Numbered from the stretch's first letter, positions 1-10,720 are shown. The stretch: 38,285 nucleotides of DNA from Candidatus Bipolaricaulota bacterium (GCA_014360945.1 JACIWM010000001.1:1-38285), one strand, 5' to 3'. Notes: generated by a model from the sequence alone, not told the origin. Made by a program: numbers and translations.

Positions 1-9
1 CGGAGATCG

Positions 10-525
10 TCAAGATTCAGCGTCATCTTCGGCCTCCATGATTTCTTTTAGGGATTTGCCGCGGCGCTTGGCCACCATCTCCGGACTTTCCAGCTGGGAA
101 AGGGCCACGAGGGTAGCCCGGGCCAGGTTCAAGGGGTTCGTGGAGCGGAGGGCCTTGGTGAGGATGTCCTTGATCCCGGCCATGCGGCACACCGCGCCCA
201 CGGTGCGACCGGCGATGACGCCCGTGCCCGGATAGGCTGGCCGCAAAAGAACCTTGGCCGCCCCATATTCGCCCATCACCTCATGGGGGATGGTCCCGTT
301 CACAATGGGGACATCAATCATGTTCTTCAGGGCATCCCGGATGGCCTGTTGCACGGCCTGGGGGATCTCTACGGACTTCCCCATGCCCACCCCCACCGTT
401 CCCGCGCCGGTTCCCACCACCACGACCACCCCGAAGCGCATGCGCTTTCCGCCCTTGGTGACCCGTCCCACGCGACGAATTTCGATGACCTCGTTCTGCA
501 GCTGTTCAGGAACGTGGGTGATCAA
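10..525 (-). CDS. rpsE: 30S ribosomal protein S5
   Basis: 171-aa ORF with the S5 signature ([34 protein letters not shown]). It sits after L18 in spc-operon order. The TTG start overlaps the L18 stop (TTGA). Confidence 0.95.
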   Translation of the reverse strand: MITHVPEQLQNEVIEIRRVGRVTKGGKRMRFGVVVVVGTGAGTVGVGMGKSVEIPQAVQQAIRDALKNMIDVPIVNGTIPHEVMGEYGAAKVLLRPAYPGTGVIAGRTVGAVCRMAGIKDILTKALRSTNPLNLARATLVALSQLESPEMVAKRRGKSLKEIMEAEDDAES

Positions 526-902
526 AACTCCAGCCCTCCCTCCCGGGCCGCCTCCGCCAGGGCCCGCACCTTCCCGTGATACGGATATCCACCGCGATCG
601 AACACGACCTTCTTTATCCCCTTCTCCAGGGCACGTTTGGCGATGAGGGCACCCACCAGGCGCGCCGCCTCGATGTTGTCGGAGTTAATTTTGTCGCGAA
701 TCTCCGGGTCCAAGGTGGAGGCGGCCACCAGAGTGCGGCTACCCTCAGGTGGGGTATCGTCGATGATTTGCGCATAGATGTGTTGAAGGCTTTTGAACAC
801 GCAAAGCCTCGGCCGCTCCGGCGTACCCTGGATCCGCCGCCGGATGCGCATGTGCCGCTTTATCCTTTGTTCATTCCGTGAAAGCCTGGCCATAGCGATC
901 AC
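522..902 (-). CDS. rplR: 50S ribosomal protein L18
   Basis: 126-aa ORF with [34 protein letters not shown], typical of L18. The GTG at 902 overlaps the L6 stop. An alternative ATG lies at 893. Confidence 0.93.
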   Translation of the reverse strand: MIAMARLSRNEQRIKRHMRIRRRIQGTPERPRLCVFKSLQHIYAQIIDDTPPEGSRTLVAASTLDPEIRDKINSDNIEAARLVGALIAKRALEKGIKKVVFDRGGYPYHGKVRALAEAAREGGLEF

Positions 903-1444
903 GCCTTCGCTCCAAGTTTACCGACCTTGCGCACGATCTCTTCGCCTTTGTAGCGAATGCCCGTGCCCCGATAGGGCTCAGGCGGCTTGATTTTGCGGAT
1001 GTTCGCGGCCACCTGACCCACCAGGTACTTGTCGATGCCGCGCACGATGATCCGGGTGGGCTCGGGAACCTCCACCTCCACCCCTTCAGGGATGGGGAAG
1101 CGCACGGGATGAGAGAAGCCCAACTCCATCACCAAGGTCCGGCCCTCAAGCTTGGCCCGGTATCCCAGACCATGGATCTCCAATTCCTTTTCCCATTTCT
1201 TTGTCACACCCTGGACCATGTTGGCGATGAGGGCGCGATAAAGGCCGTGCCGGGCGCGGAAAGGCGCACGTTCACCCTTGCGCTCCACCACTACGTTTCC
1301 GTCCTCAACCTTGATGGACACGTACTCCGGCTCATAGGGGCAGCGCAGGGTGCCCAACGGCCCCTGCACCACCACCTCCCGGGGAAGGACTTCTACTTTA
1401 ACTCCGGCCGGCAGAGGAATCGGCTTCTTCCCGATCTTGGACAT
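899..1444 (-). CDS. rplF: 50S ribosomal protein L6
   Basis: 181-aa ORF starting [19 protein letters not shown] and ending [14 protein letters not shown]. Position between S8 and L18. Confidence 0.95.
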   Translation of the reverse strand: MSKIGKKPIPLPAGVKVEVLPREVVVQGPLGTLRCPYEPEYVSIKVEDGNVVVERKGERAPFRARHGLYRALIANMVQGVTKKWEKELEIHGLGYRAKLEGRTLVMELGFSHPVRFPIPEGVEVEVPEPTRIIVRGIDKYLVGQVAANIRKIKPPEPYRGTGIRYKGEEIVRKVGKLGAKA

Positions 1445-1452
1445 CGTTCACC

Positions 1453-1869
1453 TCACCACACCTCGCAAATGATCTCCCCGCCGATTTGGCGCCGGCGGGC
1501 CTCCCGGTCGGTCATCACTCCTTGGGGGGTGGAAACGATGGCGATCCCCAGACCATGGTGGGGGCGGGGAAGCTCCCGGGCCCCGGCGTAGACGCGGCGG
1601 GCCGGGCGGCTCACCCGGCGAAGTCCGCGGATGGCTGGCCGCCATGTCCGGGTACCCTCCCGCAGATACTTAAGCTTGATCCGCAGAACCGGGTAACTTC
1701 GGCCCTTTTCCACCTCGTAGCCCTCGATGTACCCCTCCTCCGCGAGGACCCGGGCGATCTCCTCCTTCAAGCGGGAGGAGGGGAGCACGACCTCCGGCCG
1801 GCGGCGGGCCAGGGCGTTCCGGATACGGGTGAGCATGTCGGCAATGGGGTCATCGATGGTCATCGCCAC
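1453..1869 (-). CDS. rpsH: 30S ribosomal protein S8
   Basis: 138-aa ORF with DPIADMLTRIRNA near the start and a C-terminal GGEIICEVW. Confidence 0.95.
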   Translation of the reverse strand: MAMTIDDPIADMLTRIRNALARRRPEVVLPSSRLKEEIARVLAEEGYIEGYEVEKGRSYPVLRIKLKYLREGTRTWRPAIRGLRRVSRPARRVYAGARELPRPHHGLGIAIVSTPQGVMTDREARRRQIGGEIICEVW

Positions 1870-1872
1870 CTC

Positions 1873-2058
1873 CTACCATGAAGCCTTCTTCACGCCAGGG
1901 AGTTGTCCTTCCAGGGCGAGTTTGCGGAAGCACATGCGGCATAACCCAAAATCCCGAATATACCCGCGGGGCCGGCCGCACAAAAGGCAGCGGTTGCGGT
2001 GCCGCACCCGGAACTTCGGCGGCTTTTTCATCTTCTCGATCTTGCACTTGCGCGCCAT
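1873..2058 (-). CDS. rpsZ: 30S ribosomal protein S14, type Z (zinc-ribbon form)
   Basis: The conserved 61-aa protein starts at the internal Met (MARKCKIEK...). It has a CxxC...CxxC motif (CLLCGRP...CRMCFR) and ends in W. The ATG at 2058 lies 9 nt after the L5 stop. Confidence 0.93.
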   Translation of the reverse strand: MARKCKIEKMKKPPKFRVRHRNRCLLCGRPRGYIRDFGLCRMCFRKLALEGQLPGVKKASW

Positions 2059-2066
2059 CTTCCCCC

Positions 2067-2603
2067 CTAATTCTTCCGGAACGGACAACCCAAGGCCGCA
2101 AGGAGGTGATAAGCCTCCTCATCGGTCTTGGCCGTGGTCACGATTACCACGTCCATCCCCTGGGGCCGCACCACATCGTCGAAGCTCACCTCGGGGAAGG
2201 CCATCTGATCGGGGATGCCGATGGAGAGGTTGCCGCGGCCGTCGAAGGAGTTGGGATCAACGCCTTTGAAATCACGGATGCCTGGAAGAACCACGCGGAA
2301 GAGCTTGTTCAAAAACTCGTAGGCCCGCACCCCACGTAGGGTCACCATGCACCCGATGGCATCGCCCTTTTTGATCTTGAAATCGGAGATGGCCCTCTTG
2401 GCCCGGGTGATCACGGGCTTTTGCCCGGTGATCTGGGCCAGATTCTTCATAGCCCCCTCCAGGACCTTGGGGTCGTCGTGTTTTCCCACTCCCATATTGA
2501 TCACGACCTTTTCGATCTTGGGGACCTGCATGACGTTCTTGTACCCAAGCTCCTTCATGAGCTTGGGCACGATCTCCTTTTTGTAGCGCTCGTAGAGGAG
2601 CAT
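2067..2603 (-). CDS. rplE: 50S ribosomal protein L5
   Basis: The conserved N-terminus [40 protein letters not shown] begins at the internal Met (ATG 2603). The longer ORF up to 2693 would overlap L24. Confidence 0.93.
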   Translation of the reverse strand: MLLYERYKKEIVPKLMKELGYKNVMQVPKIEKVVINMGVGKHDDPKVLEGAMKNLAQITGQKPVITRAKRAISDFKIKKGDAIGCMVTLRGVRAYEFLNKLFRVVLPGIRDFKGVDPNSFDGRGNLSIGIPDQMAFPEVSFDDVVRPQGMDVVIVTTAKTDEEAYHLLAALGCPFRKN

Positions 2604-2607
2604 GGCC

Positions 2608-2919
2608 TTATGGGAAAGTGGCTCCGCACTGTTTGCACCGCCGGAGCTTGCGGCCCTCGACCCAGGCGAACCCGATGCGCGTGGGAACACCACATTCTGG
2701 GCAGATGACCTTCACGTTGGAGATGTGGATGGGTGCTTCCTTCTTGATGATGCCCGGCTCGCGCACCGTGGCCGTGGGGCGCTGATGTTTAGTGACAATG
2801 TTCACACCTTCCACCAGCACCCGATTCTCGTCGGGAAAGACCCGCAGGACCTTCCCGATCTTCCCCCGGTCGTCGCCGGAGATGACCTTTACGCGATCGC
2901 CCTTTTTGACCTTGGCCAT
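2608..2919 (-). CDS. rplX: 50S ribosomal protein L24 (with C-terminal Cys4 motif)
   Basis: 103-aa ORF with [24 protein letters not shown] (KOW motif) and a C-terminal CPEC...CKQC. Confidence 0.93.
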   Translation of the reverse strand: MAKVKKGDRVKVISGDDRGKIGKVLRVFPDENRVLVEGVNIVTKHQRPTATVREPGIIKKEAPIHISNVKVICPECGVPTRIGFAWVEGRKLRRCKQCGATFP

Positions 2920-2928
2920 TTCCCTCTC

Positions 2929-3294
2929 CTACACCACTTCCGGGGCGAGGGAGATGATGCGCATCATTCCTTTTTCCCGGAGCTCCCGCGCCACCGGCCC
3001 AAAAACACGAGTCCCGATGGGCTGCAAGTTTTTGTCCACCAGGACCACAGCATTGTCGTCAAAACGGATGGTGCTGCCGTCGGCGCGGCGGTAAGCCTGA
3101 CGGGTGCGCACCACCACCCCGCGCACGATATCGCCCTTGTCGAACTCTGAAGTGGGAAGCCTTTTTTTCACCGTAGCCACGATGATATCCCCGATCTCCG
3201 CCTTGCGCTTTTTGCCCAAGACGTTGATGCACTCCACCTCTCTCACTCCGGTGTTGTCGGCCACTACGAGTCTTGTGCGTAGCTGCACAGCCAT
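2929..3294 (-). CDS. rplN: 50S ribosomal protein L14
   Basis: 121-aa ORF with L14 features: VADNTG.. near the N-terminus, [10 protein letters not shown], and a C-terminal ISLAPEVV. Confidence 0.96.
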   Translation of the reverse strand: MAVQLRTRLVVADNTGVREVECINVLGKKRKAEIGDIIVATVKKRLPTSEFDKGDIVRGVVVRTRQAYRRADGSTIRFDDNAVVLVDKNLQPIGTRVFGPVARELREKGMMRIISLAPEVV

Positions 3295-3296
3295 GG

Positions 3297-3545
3297 CTAC
3301 TCTCCGCGGCGGATGATCTCCACCAGCCGCCAGCGCTTGAGCTTCGATAGCGGCCGGGTCTCCTCAATCCGCACCAAGTCCCCAACGCGAGCCTGTTGAT
3401 TCTCGTCGTGGACATAGTACTTGGTGCGGCGCCGAACGTGTTTGTGGTAGAGGGGATGCTCCACAAGCCTGTCCTCCACCACCACGATCGTTTTCTGCAT
3501 CTTGTCGCTCACCACCACACCGATGCGTTGTTTGCGCCTACCCAT
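3297..3545 (-). CDS. rpsQ: 30S ribosomal protein S17
   Basis: 82-aa ORF with [14 protein letters not shown]...HPLYHK...KYYVHDE...GD.V.I.E.RPLSK.KRW. Confidence 0.93.
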   Translation of the reverse strand: MGRRKQRIGVVVSDKMQKTIVVVEDRLVEHPLYHKHVRRRTKYYVHDENQQARVGDLVRIEETRPLSKLKRWRLVEIIRRGE

Positions 3546-3735
3546 AGCGCACCCCCCGCTCCCGGAGTATCGTGAGGGCGCGAGCGATGTCCCGCTTGGT
3601 CTTCTTTATTTCCGCGGTATTGGTGAGTTGTCCCGAAGCCAGCTGGAACCGGAGGTTCAGGAGCTTCCTCTTCCATTCCTGAACCCTTTGCATCAATTCC
3701 TCGTTTGTGAGTTCTCGTAGGTCCCGGGCCTTCAT
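3538..3735 (-). CDS. rpmC: 50S ribosomal protein L29
   Basis: 65-aa ORF with LRELTNEEL...[14 protein letters not shown]. It overlaps S17 by 8 nt and L16 by 4 nt. Confidence 0.9.
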   Translation of the reverse strand: MKARDLRELTNEELMQRVQEWKRKLLNLRFQLASGQLTNTAEIKKTKRDIARALTILRERGVRYG

Positions 3736-4163
3736 CCGGCCACCCCCAAGTGAATCCGGCGGGCCAGCTTCGTGGCGATGGGAAGCTTTGCCGAGACCTT
3801 GCGATGGATCTCCTTGGCCTCCTCTTCGCTCACCCCGGTGAACTCAAAGAGGATCTGCCCGGGTTTCACCACCGCCACCCAGCCCGCCACATCACCCTTG
3901 CCCTTTCCCATCCGGGATTCCGCGGGTTTTTTGGTGTAGGGCTTATCGGGAAAGACCCGCACCCAAACCTTTCCCTTCGGGGTGGAGCGGGCAAGGACTG
4001 TGCGGGCGGCCTCGATCTGTTGGGCCGTGAGCCACACTGGCTCCAGGGCCTGAATCCCGTAATCTCCGAAGGCCACAGTGTTTCCCCGGCTGGCCTTGCC
4101 TTTGATGTGGCGACCTTTTTGTTGCTTTCGGTATTTCGTGCGTTTAGGAGCTAAAAGCGCCAT
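3732..4163 (-). CDS. rplP: 50S ribosomal protein L16
   Basis: 143-aa ORF with [15 protein letters not shown]...G..V.FG.YG.QALE..W.T..QIEAAR. Confidence 0.96.
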   Translation of the reverse strand: MALLAPKRTKYRKQQKGRHIKGKASRGNTVAFGDYGIQALEPVWLTAQQIEAARTVLARSTPKGKVWVRVFPDKPYTKKPAESRMGKGKGDVAGWVAVVKPGQILFEFTGVSEEEAKEIHRKVSAKLPIATKLARRIHLGVAG

Positions 4164-4823
4164 CTACTCCACCTCCGCCCGCTTCTCTTTAATGGTCCAA
4201 ATCTCTCCGCGGAACACCCAGGCCTTGACCCCAATCACTCCGTACTTGGTCCAGGCAATGGCGAGACCGTAGTCCACATCCGCTCGTAAGGTTTGGAGGG
4301 GGATCCTTCCCTCCTTTATCTCCACGGAACGGGCCAACTCCGCGCCGCCCAGGCGGCCAGAGACGCGAATTTTCACGCCCTGGGCCCCGGCGGCTATGAC
4401 CCGCCGCACCGCCTGCTTCATGGCCCGATAGGGGTTGACCCGGTTTTCGATCTGGAACGCTACGTCCTGAGCGACAAGGGGCGCCTCGAGTTCAGGTTTG
4501 TCCACTTCTATAACATGAACCACGATCTCCCGGCCCGTGAGTTTTTTCAGGCGCTCCTGAAGGGCCATGATCTCCGCCCCGCCACGGCCGATGATGATCC
4601 CCGGCCGGGCCGCACGGATGGTGACCTTGGCCCGGGCGTCCGTGGCCCGCTCGATGAGGACCTCCGCCACCCCCGCGCCGCGATAAGTCTTCTCAATGTG
4701 ATCGCGGATCCGCCGGTCCTCCACCACGTAAACGGGAACCTTGCCCTTCGGGGCAAACCAGGTGGACCGCCATTTGCGGAGGACTCCCAGGCGAAATCCC
4801 ACGGGATGCGTCTTCTGGCCCAT
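4164..4823 (-). CDS. rpsC: 30S ribosomal protein S3
   Basis: 219-aa ORF with [13 protein letters not shown] and KH-domain and C-terminal S3 signatures (RPGIIIGRGG, GRLGGAE.AR). Confidence 0.96.
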   Translation of the reverse strand: MGQKTHPVGFRLGVLRKWRSTWFAPKGKVPVYVVEDRRIRDHIEKTYRGAGVAEVLIERATDARAKVTIRAARPGIIIGRGGAEIMALQERLKKLTGREIVVHVIEVDKPELEAPLVAQDVAFQIENRVNPYRAMKQAVRRVIAAGAQGVKIRVSGRLGGAELARSVEIKEGRIPLQTLRADVDYGLAIAWTKYGVIGVKAWVFRGEIWTIKEKRAEVE

Positions 4824-5164
4824 TACCCCTCCTTCTCCCCTACCACAATGGTGATGTGGGAAAGTCGCCTCTGGATGATGTCCGCGCGCCCAAAGGCCCG
4901 GGGGTTCAGGCGCTTTAGGCGCGGGCCCTCATCCACATAGGCCTTCACCACCCACAATCTCGTCTCGTCCATCTCAAAGTTGTTCACGGCGTTGGCCACC
5001 GCCGAATCCAGAACCTTTTTAATAATGCGGGCCGCCTTCTTTGGGGAGAGGGCGAGGAGGCGTCGGGCCTCGGCCACCGGCTTCCCCCGAATCTCGTTGA
5101 TCACCAGCCTCGCCTTGAGGGGCGAGACCCGCACGAATCTGGCGCGCGCCACGGCCTCCCGCAT
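4823..5164 (-). CDS. rplV: 50S ribosomal protein L22
   Basis: 113-aa ORF with [24 protein letters not shown]...PKKAA. It overlaps S3 by 1 nt. Confidence 0.94.
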   Translation of the reverse strand: MREAVARARFVRVSPLKARLVINEIRGKPVAEARRLLALSPKKAARIIKKVLDSAVANAVNNFEMDETRLWVVKAYVDEGPRLKRLNPRAFGRADIIQRRLSHITIVVGEKEG

Positions 5165-5174
5165 GCCCCACCCC

Positions 5175-5459
5175 CTACTTCGGCGCCGGCGGGGTCTTCT
5201 TCTTCATCCCGCCGTGGGCTCGGAACGTCCGGGTGGGCGCAAACTCCCCAAGCCGGTGCCCCACCATGGCCTCGGTGATCCGCACCGGAACATGGGTCCG
5301 GCCGTTGTGGACGTAAATGGTCAAGCCCACCATCTCCGGAGTGATGGTGGAGGCCCTGGACCAGGTTCGGATCTCGCTGATCAACCCCCGTTTGAATTTC
5401 TCGACCTTCTCGATGAGGGTTGGATCCACAAACGGCCCCTTTTTCCTGGACCTCGCCAT
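5175..5459 (-). CDS. rpsS: 30S ribosomal protein S19
   Basis: The conserved N-terminus [12 protein letters not shown] starts at the internal ATG (5459). That ATG overlaps the L2 TGA stop by 1 nt (TGATG). The protein also has [13 protein letters not shown]. Confidence 0.95.
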   Translation of the reverse strand: MARSRKKGPFVDPTLIEKVEKFKRGLISEIRTWSRASTITPEMVGLTIYVHNGRTHVPVRITEAMVGHRLGEFAPTRTFRAHGGMKKKTPPAPK

Positions 5460-6289
5460 CACTTCCTCCTCTTCCTCGGTTGGATGATCAATTTGTCCGA
5501 GGGCTTCCGCTTCCGGGTGGGCACGCCGCGGGCGGGCTTGCCCCACGGGGTCTTGGGCGGCCGGCCCTCGCCGGTGCGGCCCTCGCCACCGCCGTGAGGG
5601 TGGTCATCGGCGCCCATGGCCGTGCCCCGCACCGCCGGCCTCCATCCCTTGTTGCGCCGCCGGCCAGCCTTCCCGTACTTCACGTTCTTGTGGTCCGGAT
5701 TGGAGACCTGGCCCACCGTGGCCATGCACTCGGGATGGAAGACCCGGACCTCGCCGGAAGGGAGACGAAGAATAACCCGATCCTCTTCCTTGCTCAACAC
5801 CTGGGCCGCTGTGCCCGCTGCCCGCGCGATCTTCCCGCCCGAGCCGGGATAGAACTCCACGTTGTGCACCAGGGTCCCGGACGGGATCTTTTTTAGGGGC
5901 AGGGCGTTCCCGGGTTTTGGCTCCACGTCCTCCCCAGCCACCACCGTGTCGCCTACTTTGAGCTCCACGGGGGTGATGATGTAGCGCTTATCCCCATCGG
6001 CATAGTGAAGGAGACTGATCCATGCGGAGCGGTTGGGGTCGTATTCGATGGAAACCACTTTGGCCGGGATCCCCTTCTTTTCCCGGTAGAAATCGATGAG
6101 ACGGTAGAGGCGCTTGTGGCCGCCGCCCCGGTGCCGCACGGTGACGCGGCCTTGATTGTTGCGGCCGGCGTGCCGCTTAAGCGGCACCACCAGGCTTTTC
6201 TCCGGCTCATCCGTGGTGAGTTCGGAGAAATCCGGAAGGACGGCGTGCCTTTGTCCGGGCGTGACTGGCTTCAGTTTCTTTAGTCCCAT
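5459..6289 (-). CDS. rplB: 50S ribosomal protein L2
   Basis: 276-aa ORF with [29 protein letters not shown] and [11 protein letters not shown]. Confidence 0.97.
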   Translation of the reverse strand: MGLKKLKPVTPGQRHAVLPDFSELTTDEPEKSLVVPLKRHAGRNNQGRVTVRHRGGGHKRLYRLIDFYREKKGIPAKVVSIEYDPNRSAWISLLHYADGDKRYIITPVELKVGDTVVAGEDVEPKPGNALPLKKIPSGTLVHNVEFYPGSGGKIARAAGTAAQVLSKEEDRVILRLPSGEVRVFHPECMATVGQVSNPDHKNVKYGKAGRRRNKGWRPAVRGTAMGADDHPHGGGEGRTGEGRPPKTPWGKPARGVPTRKRKPSDKLIIQPRKRRK

Positions 6290-6295
6290 GCGGTA

Positions 6296-6589
6296 TCACC
6301 CCGTGATCTCGATCTTGTGGCCGGGCGCGAGCTTCACCACCGCCCGTTTTTCCCGCTTCGTCCGGCCGTGCCGGCGATCCAAGCGGGTCCGCCGCGGCTT
6401 CCCCGGCCGATACATCGTCCACACTTTCTCCACCTTCACCCTGAACAGCTCCTCCACGGCCTGGCGGATCTCCGGCTTTGTGGCATCCGGATGCACCTCA
6501 AACGTGTACTTCCCCAACTCCATCTCCCGCCAAGTCTTCTCCGAAAGGATCGGACGGATGATGATGTCCTCAGGCGCCAACTTGGGCAT
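6296..6589 (-). CDS. rplW: 50S ribosomal protein L23
   Basis: 97-aa ORF with IIIRPILSEKT......KYTFEV...A.K.EI..AVE.LF.VKV..V. Confidence 0.93.
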   Translation of the reverse strand: MPKLAPEDIIIRPILSEKTWREMELGKYTFEVHPDATKPEIRQAVEELFRVKVEKVWTMYRPGKPRRTRLDRRHGRTKREKRAVVKLAPGHKIEITG

Positions 6590-7223
6590 GGCTCAACCTC
6601 CTTGTGAGGGCCTCTACAGCTTTTTCTGTAAGAAGAAGGGCGTCATGTTCCAGGACTACGTAAGCATGGAGGAGGTCAGCGCGGTAGCACTCCACCCCGG
6701 GAATGTTGGAGAAGGACTTGTACACGGGGATGTGGTACTCCTCGGGAGCCACGACCACCAAGGTTTTCTCGGGCAGGCCCAGCTTGGAAATAAGGGCGAT
6801 GGCATCCTTGGTGCGCGGCCGGGAGAAGCCCAATCGATCGATGAGGAAGACCCGCTCTTCTTGGGCCCGGGCGGAAAGGGCGGAGAGGAGAGCCTTCCGT
6901 CGCATCTTCTTGGGAAGGTCCAGGTCCCAATCCCGGGGTTTAGGGCCGAATGTCACTCCGCCGTGGCGCCAAAGAGGGGAGCGGATGGAGCCATGGCGGG
7001 CGCGGCCTGTGTGCTTCTGGGGCCAGGGCTTGCGACCGCCGCCGGAGACCTCGCCCCGGTCCTTCGTGGAGGCCGTGCCCTGCCGCACGTTGGCAAGATG
7101 GGTGCGCACCGCCCGCCAAAGGAGGTCCAAAGAGACCTCCACCCCGAAAACCTCGGGCGGAAGCTCCACCTCCACCGGCGGCGCCTCAAGGTTGTCGAAC
7201 CGGAAAAGTTTAGCTTTCGGCAT
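6570..7223 (-). CDS. rplD: 50S ribosomal protein L4
   Basis: 217-aa ORF with RQGTASTKDRGEVSGGGRKPWPQKHTGRARHGSIRSP.W..GGV.FGP. It overlaps L23 by 20 nt. Confidence 0.94.
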   Translation of the reverse strand: MPKAKLFRFDNLEAPPVEVELPPEVFGVEVSLDLLWRAVRTHLANVRQGTASTKDRGEVSGGGRKPWPQKHTGRARHGSIRSPLWRHGGVTFGPKPRDWDLDLPKKMRRKALLSALSARAQEERVFLIDRLGFSRPRTKDAIALISKLGLPEKTLVVVAPEEYHIPVYKSFSNIPGVECYRADLLHAYVVLEHDALLLTEKAVEALTRRLSHAQVGA

Positions 7224-7851
7224 GGTGCTTCCTTATCTTGAGTATTCCCGAGCGCGGACCGGGAACGGAGCCTTTAAGCACGAGGAGGCTATGCTCCTTG
7301 TCCACGGCCAGGACCTGGAGATTGCGCACGGTCACGCGCTCCGCGCCGTAGTGGCCGGGGTAGTGTTTGCCCTTGACCACCTTGCGCAAGCCCATGGGGC
7401 CCGCTGTTCCCGGCCGGCGGATCCATTTGTGGCCGTGGGACCCAGGTCGACTGTGAAAACCCCAGCGCTTGATGGTTCCAGAGAAACCCCGGCCCTTCGA
7501 AATCCCGGTCACGTCCACTAGTTCCCCTTCGGAGAAAATTTCCACTCCGACTTCCTGACCCACCGCGTATTTGGTGGGATCGGGAACTTTCACCTCAAAC
7601 AAGAATCGGCGGGGGGCAACCCCGGCCTTCTGGAAATGGCCGAGGAGAGGTTTTGTGACCTTACGTTCCTCCACGGCCACGGCGCCAAGCTGGAGGGCAG
7701 AATATCCGTCCTTTTCGGGGGTCTTTATCTGCACCACCACCGCCGGCTCCACCTGCACCACCGTGGCCGCCAGGGCCCGACCCTCCCCGTCGAACCACTG
7801 GGTCATCCCCACTTTCCTTCCCAGCATCACCCATGTCATGGCGTCCCTCAC
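7210..7851 (-). CDS. rplC: 50S ribosomal protein L3
   Basis: 213-aa ORF with [21 protein letters not shown] and GS.GH... The GTG at 7851 overlaps the S10 stop (GTGA). In-frame ATGs at 7839 and 7827 ([10 protein letters not shown]) are alternative starts. Confidence 0.94.
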   Translation of the reverse strand: MRDAMTWVMLGRKVGMTQWFDGEGRALAATVVQVEPAVVVQIKTPEKDGYSALQLGAVAVEERKVTKPLLGHFQKAGVAPRRFLFEVKVPDPTKYAVGQEVGVEIFSEGELVDVTGISKGRGFSGTIKRWGFHSRPGSHGHKWIRRPGTAGPMGLRKVVKGKHYPGHYGAERVTVRNLQVLAVDKEHSLLVLKGSVPGPRSGILKIRKHHAES

Positions 7852-8156
7852 AGCTTTATCTCCACGTCAATTCCCGCGGGGAGCTCCACATCCATGAGGG
7901 CGTTGATGGTGGCGGCCGTGGGCTCCTTTATGTCCAAAAGCCGTTTGTGGATCTTGAGCTCGAAGTGTTCCATGGACTTTTTGTCCACATGGGGCGAGCG
8001 CAAAACGGTATAGAGGTGGCGCTCCGTGGGAAGCGGAATGGGCCCACTGATCTTCGCCCGCGTGGGCTTCACCGCCTCCACGATCTTGCGCACCGCCTCG
8101 TCCACAAGTTCGTGGTCGTAGCCTTTTATGCGAATCCGGATCTTTTCCCTAGCCAT
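7848..8156 (-). CDS. rpsJ: 30S ribosomal protein S10
   Basis: 102-aa ORF with [15 protein letters not shown]......IV......[10 protein letters not shown]......[15 protein letters not shown]...HKRL.DI. The ATG at 8156 overlaps the end of fusA by 8 nt. Confidence 0.96.
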   Translation of the reverse strand: MAREKIRIRIKGYDHELVDEAVRKIVEAVKPTRAKISGPIPLPTERHLYTVLRSPHVDKKSMEHFELKIHKRLLDIKEPTAATINALMDVELPAGIDVEIKL

Positions 8157-10233
8157 AACCTCGGCTCCTCAGCACCTCCCGGGCCAATTCTTCCGGCACC
8201 ACCTCGTACCGGGCCACCCGAAGGGTATGAACAGCACGTCCCTGCGTTAGGGAACGTAACTGCGTAGCGTACCCGAAAGTCTCCACCACGGGGAGGGTGC
8301 ACCGGATGATGTCCACCGTTCCCCGGGTTTGGATAGCTCGGATCTCGCCCCTTCGGCGGCCCAGATCCGAAACGACCTCGCCCAGGTACTCGCTGGGCGT
8401 GATTATATCGCCTTCGGCCACGGGCTCCAGGAGAAGAACCCCGCCCTCCTCCAAGGCGCGACGCAGCGCCTGCGTTCCCGCCGCTTCAAATGCCACATCC
8501 GTGGAGGTGAGGGGGTTGAATTTCGCTTCAAGGAGGATGGCCCGCACGTCCGTGACAGGAAAACCGCCCACGGGACTCGCGGCTAAGGCCCCTTGGATTC
8601 CTCGCCGCACTGCCTCCGCAAATTCCTTTGGGAGAATTTCCTCCGGCACCTCGGAATGAAATTCAAACCCGCCGCCGCGGGAAAGGGGCTCAAACCGCAC
8701 CCGGATCCAGGCATATTGGGGTTTCCCGCCCACGGTCTTTTCGAACTCCTCCACGATCTCCACGGGCTTGGCCAAGGTCTCCTTGTACACCACAATGGGC
8801 TTTCCCACGCGATGGGGGACCTTGAATTCCTCCCGCACTCGCCGAAGAAGCACTTCCAAATGAAGTTCGCCCATCCCGCCCACCAAAAGCTGCCCGGTGG
8901 TCTCGTCGTCCTGGACTCGGAAGGTCGGGTCCTCTTGGGCGAGCTTCATGAGGGCCTCGCGCAAGGCCGGCTCCTCTTTTTCCGACCGGGGCTCCACGGC
9001 CAAAAACACCACCGGCTCCGGAAATGCAATGGGTTCGTAGAGGATGGGATGGTCCGGATCGCACAGGGTGTTTCCGGTGTAAACTGGGGCAGAAAGGATC
9101 AGGCCCACAATGTCCCCGGCATAGGCCACGTCCATCTGTTCGCGTTTGTTGGCATGCAGGCGAAAAATGCGGGTCACCCGGGCCTTGGTCCCCTGGGTGG
9201 CGTTAAGGACCACTTGGCCCTCTTTGAGGGTTCCCGAATAGATCCGGGTGTACAAAAGCCGGTCCGCATAGGGATCGGTGAACACCTTGAACACCAACGC
9301 GGAGAAAGGTTCGTCGGGGAAAGGTTTTCGTAGCTCCTCGGTTTTTCCGTCCAGGGCGGTTCCCCGGGCGGGAGGGATGTCCAGCGGGGAGGGAAGGAAA
9401 TCCACCACGGCATCCATCACCGGCTGGACTCCGATCTTCTCGTAAGCTGAGCCGCCGAAGACCGGGACCCAAAGATGGTGGAGGGTGGCCTCCCGGATGA
9501 CCTTCACCGCCAATTCCAAGGGGATTTCCTCACCCTCCAAATATCGGACGGCGATCTCGTCCGAGACCTCGCTTAAAGTTTCAAAGAGCTTCTCTCGCCA
9601 GGCCCGGGCTTCCTCCTCCACCTCTTTCGGCACGGGAAGATACTGAAAATTCCGACCTAAACTTTCCGGGTCCCAGCGGATCGCGGAAAACCGGAGAAGA
9701 TCGATTATGCCGAGAAGGTTTCCCTCCCCATCGCGCCAGGGGTAGACGAGGGGCAGAGCTACGGCGCCCAATTTCTCCTCGATATCGGAAAAAGCGCGGA
9801 CGAAGTCGGCCTCTATGCGATCGAGTTTGTTGATGAAAGCGATGCGGGGAACGCGATACCGGTCAGCCTGACGCCAGACGGTCTCGGATTGGGATTCCAC
9901 CCCTTCCACGCCGGAGAAGACCACGATGGCTCCGTCCAAAGCGCGGAGGCTGCGCTCCACCTCCACAGTGAAGTCCACATGGCCTGGGGTGTCCACGATG
10001 TTGATCTGATGCCCGCGCCAAAAGACGGTGGTGGCGGCGGCGGTGATGGTGATTCCCCGCTCCCGCTCCTGGTCCATCCAGTCCATTTCCGTCGTGCCCT
10101 CATGGACCTCCCCCATCTTGTGAATCTTTCCCGTAAAAAAAAGAATGCGCTCAGTGAGGGTGGTTTTTCCGGCGTCGATGTGGGCGATGATCCCGATGTT
10201 TCGGACTTTACATATGTCGTAGGGGTCGGCCAT
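8149..10233 (-). CDS. fusA: Elongation factor G family GTPase (divergent domain IV tip)
   Basis: 694-aa ORF with G1 [10 protein letters not shown]2 RGITI, G3 DTPGH, G4 NKLD and the C-terminal [15 protein letters not shown]. It sits in the str-operon position after rpsG. See findings for the non-canonical domain IV loops. Confidence 0.9.
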   Translation of the reverse strand: MADPYDICKVRNIGIIAHIDAGKTTLTERILFFTGKIHKMGEVHEGTTEMDWMDQERERGITITAAATTVFWRGHQINIVDTPGHVDFTVEVERSLRALDGAIVVFSGVEGVESQSETVWRQADRYRVPRIAFINKLDRIEADFVRAFSDIEEKLGAVALPLVYPWRDGEGNLLGIIDLLRFSAIRWDPESLGRNFQYLPVPKEVEEEARAWREKLFETLSEVSDEIAVRYLEGEEIPLELAVKVIREATLHHLWVPVFGGSAYEKIGVQPVMDAVVDFLPSPLDIPPARGTALDGKTEELRKPFPDEPFSALVFKVFTDPYADRLLYTRIYSGTLKEGQVVLNATQGTKARVTRIFRLHANKREQMDVAYAGDIVGLILSAPVYTGNTLCDPDHPILYEPIAFPEPVVFLAVEPRSEKEEPALREALMKLAQEDPTFRVQDDETTGQLLVGGMGELHLEVLLRRVREEFKVPHRVGKPIVVYKETLAKPVEIVEEFEKTVGGKPQYAWIRVRFEPLSRGGGFEFHSEVPEEILPKEFAEAVRRGIQGALAASPVGGFPVTDVRAILLEAKFNPLTSTDVAFEAAGTQALRRALEEGGVLLLEPVAEGDIITPSEYLGEVVSDLGRRRGEIRAIQTRGTVDIIRCTLPVVETFGYATQLRSLTQGRAVHTLRVARYEVVPEELAREVLRSRGYG

Positions 10234-10245
10234 GGCCAGGAGGGG

Positions 10246-10719
10246 TCACCAGCGGTAGTGGGCGAAGGCGCGGTTGGCCTCGGCCATGCGGTGGGCTTCC
10301 TCTTTGCGGGCAACGGCGCGGCCCTGACCTTTAGCGGCCTCGATGATCTCCGCGGCCAGCCTTTCCACCATCGTCTTCTCCGGCCTCTCCCGGGCCGCGT
10401 CCCGGATCCACCTCAGGGCCAACATGGTCTGGCGATGGGGCGGAACCTCAAAGGGGACCTGATAGGTGGCACCCCCCACTCGGCGGGAGCGGACCTCCAT
10501 CTTGGGCATGCAGTTCTGCACCGCCTTGATAAACGTCTCCAAGGCCGGGCCCTCCCCGCGCTTCTCGATGAGGTCGAAGGCCTCGTACACGATCCGCCGG
10601 GCCAAGGACTTCTTCCCATCCCACATGATGTAGTTGATGAACTTCTCCACGAGTTTTGAGCCGTAGCGGACATCCGGGGGCACATCCCGTCCGGGGATGA
10701 CGATGTCGTAGGTGGCCAT
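10246..10719 (-). CDS. rpsG: 30S ribosomal protein S7
   Basis: 157-aa ORF with DGKKS.A..IVY.AFD.I, PK.EVRSRRVGGATYQVP.EV and a C-terminal AFAHYRW. Confidence 0.96.
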   Translation of the reverse strand: MATYDIVIPGRDVPPDVRYGSKLVEKFINYIMWDGKKSLARRIVYEAFDLIEKRGEGPALETFIKAVQNCMPKMEVRSRRVGGATYQVPFEVPPHRQTMLALRWIRDAARERPEKTMVERLAAEIIEAAKGQGRAVARKEEAHRMAEANRAFAHYRW

Positions 10720-10720
10720 T

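Noticed and set aside
2604-2693. N-terminal extensions in the ORF track for L5, and likewise for S14 (2059..2088), S19 (5460..5546), hpf (17833..17874), frr (19103..19384), atpE (21068..21151), atpH (21796..21915), the FmdB gene (16271..16324) and the 563-aa protein (32963..33049).
   Set aside because: In each case the conserved protein N-terminus starts at an internal Met. That Met is preceded by a GGAGG-type SD or abuts the upstream stop codon. The extension overlaps the neighbouring gene and has non-protein-like composition.
2626-2703. A Cys4 zinc-ribbon-like motif (CPEC...CKQC) in ribosomal protein L24.
   Set aside because: It is real in the sequence. As far as I recall, the same C-terminal CxxC...CxxC is present in L24 of Thermus-like thermophiles. 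I treat it as a lineage hint rather than a novelty.
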